A DNA stretch of 54,267 bases, the filler included, from Stramenopiles sp. TOSAG23-2 (Eukaryota), in assembly GCA_900128395.1 (NCBI GenBank). It is 4 parts of 4 records of this genome, joined end to end, with 100 filler letters (N's around TTAATTAATTAA, not from the genome) between each part and the next. Parts side by side here need not be neighbours in the genome. Positions count along the whole stretch, not along the records: positions 1 to 13,575 come from LT649797.1; 3 more parts are not named here. The stretch is one strand, 5' to 3'. Below, piece after piece: positions 1-11,047 of this stretch. Positions within the stretch are counted from its first letter, which is position 1. Each line of letters opens with the position of its first letter. The translations under genes and the position numbers were made by a program. The notes below the pieces were generated by a model, which saw only the letters and a program-made list of their open reading frames with translations, did not search any database and was not told the DNA's origin.

Positions 1-16
1 AGCAATAAACCCCTAA

Positions 17-112
17 TAGGCCGTGCACAGCATTACGGATTTTTGTTTTGATAGGTATAATTAGACTACAAAAGTACAAATAAAAAAATCAAAATAGTGC
101 TGTGACGGCCTA
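17..112. mobile_element. MITE-like element with imperfect TIRs flanked by TA
   Basis: TAGGCCGTGCACAGCATTA (17-35) vs reverse complement of TAGTGCTGTGACGGCCTA (95-112); AT-rich interior. Confidence 0.45.
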
Positions 113-529
113 AATAAAATGGCTCTTTAAATTCCCTATCAAATAATTTTCAATCCACTATTAAAGATTGAATTATTTATCTCATTTCAATTGTTCATGT
201 AGTAGTCTAATATTTGTACTTTAAATCCTAGGTCAAAAAAAGTGCCATATATCCCCTGAGTAAATACGCTACGCTCCGATTCTTGAGGTGCGTAGTGGAT
301 TTGCTCGTTAAGGTTTCCTGAGTACCGTACATCTTCGCAATTACCTCTACAAGATGTATATTTATATTTCATATATTATGTAACACATATAGGACTCCCA
401 CATTTTGTGTATTATAATCTTAAAGGTAAGAGTAAAATTATCAAGTAGAGAGATATTATTATGTTATATGAACATACTCTTCTGTATACACATGCACGCA
501 CATGCACACACATTAACCATATGAGTTAG

Positions 530-1194
530 GCACCAATGACTATCTATACTTATTTATTATTGGAGAGAATGTCGCGTCTACCAATAACCCTGCTGGTATT
601 CGCTCTTCTATTGGGGCAAAAAAAATATCATCGGTGTTAGAGATTGGAGGTGGTTTTGGTGGTTTTGCCGTGATAGCAACAGATATTTTCAAATTCGACT
701 CGTACACGATTGTTGATATTCCTGAAGCCTTAAACGTACAAAAAAGGTTTTTGTCCCATTTTCCTCATATTGCTTCAAAAATGAAGTATGTAGATGGAAA
801 GAAAATTCATCAAGCAGTGATGGATCCAAATCAAGAAGTTGCACCCACCGCATATGATTTATGTATATCTACATATGCATTTTCAGAGTTGATCTTGGAA
901 TACCGTGAAACTTATTTTGAAATATTTGTTAAAAATTGTAAATATGGATTTTTTATTGATAACGGCGGATGTTTTGAACATCTAAAACTAGCGCATTCAA
1001 GTTTAGGTGTTGCTGCAATGGCAAAAAGATTGGAGAGCCATGGGTTAATAGAGACGGAAATTGTAGATGAAGTACCATCTTCATCAAAAGATTTGAATTG
1101 CAACAATTATGAAATGTACTTTTGGCCAAAAAAGAGAGGCGCTAATTTCAAACGAAAAAAATCCTCACCATACAACGGAAGGAATAGTATTTGA
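530..1194 (+). CDS. SAM-dependent methyltransferase (putative sugar O-methyltransferase-like), 5' part uncertain
   Basis: VLEIGGGFGG motif I, YTIVDIPEAL, YDLCISTYAFSEL; 634 is GTG and the frame is open upstream to a TTAG acceptor (529); an in-frame GTAAG donor at 426 suggests a small upstream exon 393-425. Confidence 0.7.
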
Positions 1195-1756
1195 TGGCAA
1201 AGAAAACGAATTTGCATTGCTATCAATCGATGTAGATTCACACGATTTACAAATTCTGAATACGTTACGAAAGTTACGCCCGCGAGTAATTATTTGCGAG
1301 TACAACCCAACTTTACCCCCATCGGTGATACTTCACCAAAAAAATGAAATTGAGGATGGACCAAAAGCCTTCGGCGGCAATCATGGTATGGGAGCATCTA
1401 TGGGTGCGATTTGGGGTGCTGCAAAAAGGCAAAGATATACGCCGGTAGCATCAACGGTTACCAATTTAATTTTGGTACGAGATGATCTTGTCACCCCAAT
1501 ATTAGATTTAGGATTTGAGGTCTCATTTGACGCCCTACGCACAAGTAATGAGCACATTTTAATGTATTTTGCCACTGATTTTAATGGTTCACCCCTTGTA
1601 GTAACATCCAATAATTACGGAGCACCATTTGGTGTTAGGAAGAAGCCATTAGATGCTAAGTTGATAGACTCAAATAGTCATAATTTATCTTTTCCAGAAA
1701 TGACAAATCAAGTATTCTGGGTTGAAGACTTAAAAAACTTAATTTGTGACGATTGA
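1109..1756 (+). CDS. FkbM-like methyltransferase C-terminal half (overlaps previous ORF in another frame)
   Basis: FALLSIDVDSHD...PRVIICEYNP...GAS..A....AK...Y......NLILVR pattern; N-terminal SAM-binding motif not visible. Confidence 0.55.
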   Translation: MKCTFGQKREALISNEKNPHHTTEGIVFDGKENEFALLSIDVDSHDLQILNTLRKLRPRVIICEYNPTLPPSVILHQKNEIEDGPKAFGGNHGMGASMGAIWGAAKRQRYTPVASTVTNLILVRDDLVTPILDLGFEVSFDALRTSNEHILMYFATDFNGSPLVVTSNNYGAPFGVRKKPLDAKLIDSNSHNLSFPEMTNQVFWVEDLKNLICDD

Positions 1757-2376
1757 ATATTTCAAATCAGCTAAAATATCTTACAACAAAGAAGTGCCTA
1801 AATAAAAAAAATAATATATATTATTATAATAGAATTATATTTTGATGGAAGAAATGGACTTGGATTAAATGCAGCAAAAATCCAATTATTATTTTCATTT
1901 TTTACAATACAAAATATTATACTCAATATATTTACCTACGATATTAAAGACAGAAGGGAAATAGCATTGAAAAAGTGGTTTTTGAAGGTATTAATTTTAC
2001 GTAATTTATACAAATTTACGTACAGAAAAAATCATTCACATCATTGTACCATTACCTAGTCAAATCCCAAGTTTTCTCCTATCAAATGATATAATTTATA
2101 CCTTACATGGAAAATTAGAGTACCAAAACATGACACTAGCCGGGCTAGCACACTACAACATCGAAGGAAGAAAAAGGAAAAAAAAAAAGGGAATGCCTAA
2201 ATATATATATGTTCGTCTGTTGTTTGATGTGAAGATGAATTAGAATTTGGTGTGAATTGTTTTGAAAGAAATACTATTATTTATTTTTTAACTATAATAT
2301 ATATTACATTAATATTTATACATGAAAAGAGGTACGGTACACTAATTATAATATAATAAATTACTTTCAATCAGTC

Positions 2377-3858
2377 ATGAGGTATATAAAATTTATATAT
2401 GTACATACAATATTATATGTCAATGTGATTATATTGATATCAACTTTTTTTAATAGTATACAGAATACGAAGACGAATAATCAATATTTTAATAGTTTCA
2501 TAATAACAGCCAGTGGACAACCAAATCAAGCATATGGACGTGGCGTCGGCCCTAGAGGTGGGTTTGGATCCGATAATGGATACATGATTAGAGGACCTTT
2601 GGATAGACCACAGCAAGTTCCGCCTGAACCTTGTCGTATGAATACTATATCTATTAGACGTCAAGATGAAGTTGCTGGTGGTTTATCACTAGCCAAAACG
2701 TTGTATCACGTTGGATGGTATACTGGCTTGGAACACGTGACTTGGTGTCATAAATACGATCCAAACGACCCAGCAGATGCTGATAAATTGCCACCCATGG
2801 ATAAACAAAATTGTGTGGAAAACAATGCATTGCAAGGAACCATTATGAATAACGTGAATTTACCAATGAAAGATGCAACGAAACATTTTTTCTCTTGCAT
2901 GGATTCACGTGCAGCATATGCTGGTTTAGGTACACCCGGTGGGGATGCTGGTGAATTGATCAACGTATTAAATGCTATAGAAACAATCATTGGTAACCCA
3001 TTTACACCGGACGATATAGCTAATTTTTTCAAGCAATATTTAACCGAAATGGGGCAAAGTGGAAAAAATTATTTTTCAATGTGCTCTGATAAAGCAGCCG
3101 TTGAAGCGTGGTTTAAAGCGGCAAATATAGTTGGTTCTGGACCTTTGTTGCAACGTTGGAATCCACTTGATACACAAGGTCGCAGGAGATTGTTGAAATT
3201 GTCCATTGATCCAAAGCATGTAGGTTGCAAGCATTTGCAAAGTATGTTAAATGCACCAGAGAAATACAAAGTTCGAAAAGGTTTGGTTGAAGGTGTTATA
3301 AGTGCTTTTTATGCGATATATTTCAATCCATTCAATTCATTACGTCAACATTTACTTTTTCCAGTAATGGATGGTGTTCAAGCCCCAACTGCAGTTTTAA
3401 ATGTACAATCACCCCCTTCCTGTCGCCCATTGTCACCATTAGTAGCACCAAAAGTACATAGTGCAACACCACATGTTGGTGGCGATATCAAATACGATAT
3501 GAAACAAGGTGGTGGTGGTGCAAGCAGTTTTATCGAGGAAAGTAAAAAAACTACTAGAATTTTAAGAAGTAATAGTAAAAATCGTCTTGCTGATGATAAT
3601 AAACCAGCAGCAGCACCAGGAGGTACAGATGGTGCCAACCCTGCAGATGCTATTAATATAGGCGAACAAGTTTTTGTATATCATTACGTCGCGGTCAGTG
3701 ATTATCGTAGGACGTTAGCAGAATTTTTCTCACGTAAATTTGGTTTACATCCTGATATTGTTTTAGGTAAATTAAATAATTTAGGCCGATTAGGTTTTGA
3801 AGAAGATGTCAAAACATTAGCAGCAGGCAAACCACATTATATTGTTTCGTTTTATTAA
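2377..3858 (+). CDS. Secreted/anchored zeta-class (CDCA-like) carbonic anhydrase-fold protein
   Basis: Hydrophobic N-terminus; FSCMDSR...GTPGGDAGE...MCSD...HVGCKHL parallels the CxDxR/PGG/HxD/GCG motifs of CDCA-type enzymes. Confidence 0.65.
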   Translation: MRYIKFIYVHTILYVNVIILISTFFNSIQNTKTNNQYFNSFIITASGQPNQAYGRGVGPRGGFGSDNGYMIRGPLDRPQQVPPEPCRMNTISIRRQDEVAGGLSLAKTLYHVGWYTGLEHVTWCHKYDPNDPADADKLPPMDKQNCVENNALQGTIMNNVNLPMKDATKHFFSCMDSRAAYAGLGTPGGDAGELINVLNAIETIIGNPFTPDDIANFFKQYLTEMGQSGKNYFSMCSDKAAVEAWFKAANIVGSGPLLQRWNPLDTQGRRRLLKLSIDPKHVGCKHLQSMLNAPEKYKVRKGLVEGVISAFYAIYFNPFNSLRQHLLFPVMDGVQAPTAVLNVQSPPSCRPLSPLVAPKVHSATPHVGGDIKYDMKQGGGGASSFIEESKKTTRILRSNSKNRLADDNKPAAAPGGTDGANPADAINIGEQVFVYHYVAVSDYRRTLAEFFSRKFGLHPDIVLGKLNNLGRLGFEEDVKTLAAGKPHYIVSFY

Positions 3859-4022
3859 AAAAAAAAAAAAAAACAAGGAGAAAAAAGAAAAAAGAGAAAA
3901 AGGAGCGCGAGAAAAAAAAACATTAGCAGCAGGCAAACCACATTATATTGTTTCGTTTTATTAAAAAAAAAAAAAAAAACAAGGAGAAAAAAGAAAAAAG
4001 AGAAAAAGGAGCGCGAGAAAAA
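3811..4022. repeat. Exact ~106-bp tandem duplication of the gene 3' end and UTR
   Basis: AAAACATTAGCAGCAGGCAAACCACATT...GAGCGCGAGAAAAA occurs twice; probably an assembly artefact. Confidence 0.85.
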
Positions 4023-4245
4023 TGTACGAAACCGTTACGTAATATACATATTTTGTGTGTCATATATTCGTTAAAATTATATACGTAATTTTTTGTACCG
4101 AATTCGTGTAATATATTAATACTTCGTACGTTTGTGTACATATGATATGATATGTGTACATATGTATGTGTATTATGTATTATGATAAAAATGATATTAT
4201 ACCTTAAATAAATTTTATAGCCAGCCAGGCCACAGCTAGTATTTT

Positions 4246-6033
4246 TTAGAAAAGTCCAACTTCCTTCTTTGCTCTTATTCTTTTCCATTTTGGTAATGCA
4301 TCGAATTTATCTTTTGACATATTGAATGTAGAATTAAATTCAGCATCTGATAAATATTGTTCACGCCTAGCCATATCAATACCTGCAGGACATTTACCTA
4401 TTTGCAATTGTTCTACTGAATATACTAAACCAGAGGAAGGGGACGATGGTGATTTTGTTGTAGTAGTAGCAGTAGTAGTTGTTGTGTTTTTGTCATCATC
4501 CTTTTCGTTTTTATTACTATTATCTTTCATAACAGGGGCAATTTTCTTTTCATTTTCTTGAGCTTGCTCTTCTTTTACACTTTGCTTTGCTTTGTCAACT
4601 TTTTCCAAATATTCCTCTGCAATGATAGAAGATCGCCCAGATTTACGCTTAACAACTGAAACTTTTCTTTCATTTTCAACAGCTGCATTATTAATTTTTG
4701 GTTTTGCCATTTTAATTACTTTTTCAGGTGCAGGAGGTGGTACAGTTACTTTTGCAGGTACATCTTTGACTTCTTCAGCAATAGGTTTCTTTTTCGCAGT
4801 TGTTTCAACAACAGCTTCAGCTTTAGCCTCAACAACAGCTTCAGCTTTAGCCTGTTCCTTTTCTTTAACTTGCTTATCACTTTTTTTAACAACTTTTTCA
4901 ATAGCTTTTATCGATGTACCGTCTAATGATTCCAATGCTTCAACAACAGCTTCAGCTTTAGCCTGTTCCTTTTCTTTAACTTGCTTATCACTTTTTTTAA
5001 CAACTTTTTCAATAGCTTTTATCGATGTACCGTCTAATGATTCCAATGCTTTTTTCGCTATCTCATTTGATGGATCTACTTCAATTAGATCTTTAAATAC
5101 CTGCTTTCCTTCTTCTAATTTACCACCTTTGACTAAGGAGACAGCTAAATTTTGCATTAAAGGACTTTGTCCAAATAAATCAAATTCTTTTCCATCATAT
5201 GCTTTCCTTAATAATTTACTTGATTCTGCATATTCTCCTTTTTCACACAACATTGTACCAAGCGCAGCACATGCTTTAAAATGATTCTCGTTGGTCTTTA
5301 TTATTTCCCGAAATTGTTCTCCGGCCTGATCATGTTTGTCATTTTTATATAATAAAACGGCATAGCCAAATCTTCGTTCCTCCGTCGGCGCTAATTTCAT
5401 AACATCTTCAAACATCTGTATTGCTTCTGGTGGCTTTCCTTCCCTTCCAAGCTCATGACCACGATACGTCATTGCAATAGCTTTTAAGTTTTTTTTTTCT
5501 GGATTTTTATTGCTATCATCAAATTTATTATAATCATCGATCGCAAGTTGAAATTTTTTTAATTTTAAATAAACGAAAGCACGATCATCGTAGCCTATAG
5601 GATTATTTGGTTCCACTTCAATTGCGGCATTTACAGTCTCCAGGGCATCGTCAAACTGATCAAGGCTGCATAATACTTCACATTTACCACAAAGTGCAGG
5701 ATAATATGTGCTATTTGATACTAACACTTTATTAAATGTTTCAAGTGCTTCGTTAAACTTATTTAATGCTTTTAATGTTACACCTTTGTTAAACAACGCT
5801 TGTAAATACGTATCATCATAGGACAATGCACTATCAAATGCTTTCAACGCATCTTCAAACTTGGACATACGCTGATAAGTAGCGCCAATATTCGTTTGAA
5901 TAATTCTTAATGCTTTTTCATTGGTGGTCATTTTTAAACACTCTTGAAAACTTGTTAGAGCAGCACTGAAATCGTTCGAAGCAAACGAAGTAGCTGCAAG
6001 TTTCATTTTATCTTGTAACGTTGTATTTGCCAT
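4246..6033 (-). CDS. TPR-repeat protein with C-terminal villin headpiece domain
   Basis: Multiple TPRs in the first ~335 aa; C-terminal REQYLSDAEFNSTFNMSKDKFDALPKWKRIRAKKEVGLF is a canonical villin headpiece. Confidence 0.85.
   Translation of the reverse strand: MANTTLQDKMKLAATSFASNDFSAALTSFQECLKMTTNEKALRIIQTNIGATYQRMSKFEDALKAFDSALSYDDTYLQALFNKGVTLKALNKFNEALETFNKVLVSNSTYYPALCGKCEVLCSLDQFDDALETVNAAIEVEPNNPIGYDDRAFVYLKLKKFQLAIDDYNKFDDSNKNPEKKNLKAIAMTYRGHELGREGKPPEAIQMFEDVMKLAPTEERRFGYAVLLYKNDKHDQAGEQFREIIKTNENHFKACAALGTMLCEKGEYAESSKLLRKAYDGKEFDLFGQSPLMQNLAVSLVKGGKLEEGKQVFKDLIEVDPSNEIAKKALESLDGTSIKAIEKVVKKSDKQVKEKEQAKAEAVVEALESLDGTSIKAIEKVVKKSDKQVKEKEQAKAEAVVEAKAEAVVETTAKKKPIAEEVKDVPAKVTVPPPAPEKVIKMAKPKINNAAVENERKVSVVKRKSGRSSIIAEEYLEKVDKAKQSVKEEQAQENEKKIAPVMKDNSNKNEKDDDKNTTTTTATTTTKSPSSPSSGLVYSVEQLQIGKCPAGIDMARREQYLSDAEFNSTFNMSKDKFDALPKWKRIRAKKEVGLF
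4829..5050. repeat. In-frame 111-bp tandem duplication inside the TPR-VHP gene
   Basis: ALESLDGTSIKAIEKVVKKSDKQVKEKEQAKAEAVVE encoded twice with apparently identical DNA. Confidence 0.85.
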
Positions 6034-6634
6034 TTTTTGGTATATATACTATATATAATTTAATTATATCTCAAATAATAATATAAATAGACAGAATAAA
6101 ATGGGTGTATTACCACACAATAATCATATAATATATATATTTATATGTATGTAAATATATAATGGTAGTTCAAATAAAGAACTAAAACTATATGACATGG
6201 ATATAGTAAATACGTACAAATATCGATATATATATATATACGACAGTTTGTAAACCATCCATGCACCATCATTATTTGTGTATCTTTTATGTCGTCGTCG
6301 CGTCAAATCACCACTAGTAGTCAGAAGCTATTCCAATACTGTAGTAAGCCGCCAGCAGTCGTCTCGAAAGGAAAATCTTTTTTTTTCTTTTTGATAGATC
6401 GGATCCTCTTCCTCTAATACCTTAAACTTACTGTCCTGTAGTCGACTACCTTAAACTCAAAAAAAAAAAAGATAAAGGGCATCATTTTCTTCTTCCATCT
6501 CTACTACATCCAATGTGCCAATTCTAATTCATTCAATTTCAAAAAAATATAAAAAATTGAAGTAAACAACAACTTTCAAAGAGGAAACAACTTAAACTGG
6601 ACGAAAGAAGATACAGTTTTCAAATAGCAGAACG

Positions 6635-9038
6635 ATGATGAACGGAAGTAGCAGCAGCACTACCACCACCACCACCACCACTACTACCACCACCACCAAT
6701 AATGTAATTAGTTTATTGAATGATGATGATGATGATGATGACAATAATAATAATAATACCACTTTGAATTTAACAATAAAACACTATGAAAAACAATTAC
6801 AACAAGTAAACAAAGACATCAATCAATACGAAAGTAAATTAAGACCATTGAGATCAAGGCGAGAACAATTAATAGATATTATAAACAAGAAAAAAAACGA
6901 GCTTGAATTATTACCAACGAGTAGGCCAGGTAAATTTTTAGAAAAGTTTCCTTGGGATAACGATGTAAAAGAAATTTTAAGAAATATATTTAATATTCAT
7001 CAATTTCGTAAGCATCAAAAAGAGGCAATAAATGCAGTACTTTCAAAAAAGGATACATTTGTCGTAAAGCCAACGGGTGGTGGAAAAAGCCTAATATTTC
7101 AAGCACCTGCAGTACTCGAGGAAGGATTCACCCTTGTTGTCTCCCCATTAGTTTCATTATCTTATGATCAATCATTGTACTTACAAGAATTAGGAATTAA
7201 TGCCAAAGTCTTAGATGCGTCAACAAGCAAGGAGGAAGTCAAAAATATATTTAATGAAATGATTATCAATAAAAAAAATCGTGATGTTGATTATAATTTA
7301 GAAATGATGAAGATTTTGTATGCAACACCAGAAAAAATTGTTAAGAGCAAACGTTTTTTCCAGAAAATCCAAGTAGCAGCTAAATTAAAAAATTTAACTC
7401 GCATTGTTATAGATGAAGCGCACTGTGTGAGTAGTTGGGGTTGCGATTTTCGACCAGCCTATCGTCGATTAGATTTATTGCGAACGTCCAAAGATGTTGA
7501 TCAAATACCTATATTAGCATTAACAGCTACTGCAACGAAAAACGTTCGAAATGATGTACAAAAGATATTAAAAATGAAACACACTGAACTGTTTTTAGGA
7601 AGTTTTAACCGTACAAATCTATTCTATTCCGTAAAGGAAAAACCTTCAAATTACGATAAATTTGTCTCAAATATCATAGATGAAATAAATATATGTAAAA
7701 CAACCTACAATCGTAATATTGATCCGTGTGGTATAATATATGTTTTGTCCAGAGGTGATGCAGAAAAATTATCAAAAACGTTGAATAGTAATTATCACTT
7801 GAGGAGTAAGCCATACCATGCTGGTTTAGAAGATGATGCGAAGAAGTTAGCACATGAAAGTTGGAGAGATGGAACGATAAATATCATCGTAGCAACTGTT
7901 GCCTTTGGTAAGTTAATTCTATTCCCCTACACCAATAAAAGATTTCCTCTCTAACGCCTCATTCTTTCATACGCTACGCTCAACAGGTATGGGAATTGAT
8001 AAACCAAATGTACGTTTTGTTATTCACTCGACATTGTCAAAATCAATGGAAACGTATTTACAAGAGTCTGGAAGAGCTGGTAGAGATGGAAACTTGTCAC
8101 GTTGCACGTTGTTTTATCGTGGAGAAGACATAGCAAAAGTAAGCTCACTTATACATGATAGCAATAATAAAGATGTCGCACAACGAAATTTATATAATTT
8201 TATTTGTAAATATTGTGAATATGATGGAAAAACTTGTAGAAGAATCTCAATGGCTAGAGTCTTAGAGGAAGAGGAACCAGAAAATATTAAATGCAACAAT
8301 TTATGTGATATATGTTGTTCAAAGGATCTAGATTCTGTAGAATACGATGCTACAAATGCAGCTATTCAGGTAATTAAATTATTACAATTAATTAAAATGA
8401 ATAATGTGCGAGAAAATATTTCAATGATTCAATTGTTAGACAGTTGGCTGGGGAATGGTAAAATTATAAAAGAATTGAAACAGTTTGTAGATGATACTGC
8501 GCTTGTAAAATTAAAAGCACCTAAAAAGGAAGTTGCAAATAATAAAAGTAATTTAATGAAAATTATTGTAAAAATGTTGACAGAAGGTTATTTAGAAGAA
8601 ATTTTTATTGCGAATTTATATAATTGGAATGTTTATGTTGATGTAAGCAACAAGGGAAATATGTTTTTAGGACAACAACAATCATTGAGTAATAGTCGTT
8701 TTGATAGCAACAGCAGTAGTTCTAGTCGTGGCAATAATAATTCTAATAACGCATTGATGATAGTTCTAGATCCACATAATAAAAGAAAGGAAAGCTTTCC
8801 TAGTAGTAAAAAAAAAAGAAAAAATAATGGTGGTAGTAGCAGTAAGAATAATAGCAGCGGCAGCAGTACAGTATCATCTGCCAATAGTAAAAAAAAGGGA
8901 ACAAAGGAAAGAAAAAAAAGAAGGAAAGAAAAACATATTGTAAAAAATAATGATGGTAATGATGTACAAGTAATAAATTTGATAGATGATGATGATGCTA
9001 CAAATGCTGTATCATCAAGTGATGATTTTGAAGTCTAA
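6635..9038 (+). CDS. RECQL: RecQ helicase, RECQL/RecQ1-type; exons 6635-7907 and 7987-9038
   Basis: PTGGGKS, DEAH, ALTAT, YHAG; splicing restores VATVAFG|MGIDKPNVRFVIH; QESGRAGRDG; Zn-binding CRR...CDIC; YATPEKIVKSK typical of RecQ1. Confidence 0.93.
7908..7986 (+). other. Spliceosomal intron (79 bp)
   Basis: GTAAGT donor, CTAAC branch at 7951, CAG acceptor; joins the two RecQ ORFs in frame. Confidence 0.93.
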
Positions 9039-9749
9039 AAGACACAAAATATTTATATATAGTAAATATTATGCCATTTATGCAACTGAATATGGACGAT
9101 AATTGCATATTCTGTATCAATTATATCTTCATTTTTAATTGCATATGGATGGGTATATCGCGAAGATCTTAAAAGTAAATTTTCAAATAAATGTCAAACA
9201 AAAAAGGAGCAGGAAAGGTAATTAACATAATTAAATGTGTGGGTGGTGGTCAGTGGAATGACGGATTTATGTATAATAGAAAGGAGGGAGAGAGAGAGTA
9301 ACACAAAAGTATTACTCGTAAATTTACACATTAGCTACACAATCAATATGTGTTGAAGGATTGAATTTTAATTTTTGCATTTTAATTTGGTATCAAATTC
9401 TTCCTTATCTATATCCATTTTCTATAATATACTGCTTTCTCTGCAATTGCAATCGACACAGCATTGCCTACAATCCAATTATAGCTAATAATAATAGCTT
9501 TTTTACATTGTTTTTTACTGCTGTGGTTATGGTGTTGTTGGGGGTTTTTGTTTTATCTTATTTACGGCACTATTATATTATTATAGCATAAGCAGGTAAA
9601 TACAATTGAATAATATATATTACTTGATATTTATTTATTATAATATAATTATGTAATATAAATGCAACTGCATATATCTGTATAGTTATCTAGTTATCTT
9701 CATTAACAACAAACAACTAACAAATACTATATTATATGTATGAAAGGAT

Positions 9750-10925
9750 ATGCCTCGTCAATCATCAAGGATTGCTAATTGTGCAGCAGATGGGACACCA
9801 TATCCATCAGATTTTTTAAAAAATAGAAAAAAAACATGGTGGCATTTCCCAAAATTATATTTCAGTTTTATGCATGAACGCATCAGTATTAATGATGCCA
9901 AAAGTATCTCTGGAACGGGAAAAGGAAGTCCAAACTGGACTGGAAATATAAATGGAACAGTAATAAAATTGGCAAATGGAGATTTATATGATGGTGAATG
10001 GAATATAACAGAACCCTTGCAAGCAGATTGGAATAAGGGCAAAGCAAGGTTTGAAGGTAAAGGAATTTTTTATAATACTGCAGGTAAATCAGCAGGCAAA
10101 TATTATATTGGTAATTTTTCAAACAATGAGTGTGTTGGCATAGGATATACAGCATATAGGCAGGATCAGAGAGGAAATTTATTTAAAATGCCTACAAAAG
10201 GCTTATACAAAGAAGACAGTACAGACACAGAGAAAAATATTGGCTGGGATGAATTTGAAATTGCTATTAGCAACTTGGCATCATCATCTGGATCAAATAG
10301 TGGATCCAATTCTAACAATTCCAGCAACTTGTCAACATCATCTTCATCAAATGAAAATCCAACAACAACAACAACAACTATTACTACTACTACAACTACA
10401 AGCAATGCATCAGCATCATTGTCTCAAGTGAATGGATCAAGTTCAAGTAAGAAATCTTTAAAAAGAAAAAAGCATGATGGTGCTTCAACAAAAAAGAAGA
10501 AGATATGTAAGAAGCCAGAAACTAGAGAGGAGGAGAAACATGATAATGGTTTTGACAACAGTAGTAATAACAATAATAGTGTGATAGATAAAGTTGAAAA
10601 GGCATTAGAGGACTTAGAGTACGACATTAAATCTATCAATGTTGCTTGTAGTGATGATCAAGACATGAAAATTGACATGTTAAAAAGTGCATATAATGCA
10701 TATGATAAATATGATAAGAGTATTTGTGAAAATCATATTTGGACTGTAATGGAATATAACATATTGTTCAGAATGGAAATGACAACATATAAAAAGTTTG
10801 CAACCAATAAATGGATTGAAGGAGCTGCTTTGGCAGAAAGGAAGGCCAATGCATCAAAGAAATGGCAAAAACGTGCAACAGCATACAGGAGTAAAAGCAA
10901 GACTGGTGCAAAACATGAGATATAA
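9750..10925 (+). CDS. Hypothetical protein with degenerate MORN-like repeats and low-complexity linker
   Basis: NGDLYDGEW, GKGIFY, KYYIGNFSNNECVGIG; 391-aa ORF. Confidence 0.6.
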   Translation: MPRQSSRIANCAADGTPYPSDFLKNRKKTWWHFPKLYFSFMHERISINDAKSISGTGKGSPNWTGNINGTVIKLANGDLYDGEWNITEPLQADWNKGKARFEGKGIFYNTAGKSAGKYYIGNFSNNECVGIGYTAYRQDQRGNLFKMPTKGLYKEDSTDTEKNIGWDEFEIAISNLASSSGSNSGSNSNNSSNLSTSSSSNENPTTTTTTITTTTTTSNASASLSQVNGSSSSKKSLKRKKHDGASTKKKKICKKPETREEEKHDNGFDNSSNNNNSVIDKVEKALEDLEYDIKSINVACSDDQDMKIDMLKSAYNAYDKYDKSICENHIWTVMEYNILFRMEMTTYKKFATNKWIEGAALAERKANASKKWQKRATAYRSKSKTGAKHEI

Positions 10926-11047
10926 GGAGGAGGTTTTATTTTTAATATGTATTATATATAATATGTATTTTCGTGCTCGTATTTTTTTTAGCACCTTATC
11001 ACAATCACACGCTCTCACACACAAAATTCCTTTTCTCACACAGAAGT

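Noticed and set aside
6418-6458. TACCTTAAACT twice, resembling the U12 snRNA 5' end
   Set aside because: No downstream U12 features; only a short direct repeat in a promoter
9055-9380. Possible small spliced minus-strand ORF (MQKLKFNPSTHIDCVAN|VSSRYTHP...)
   Set aside because: Only ~55 aa, upstream stops, no recognisable family; at best a remnant
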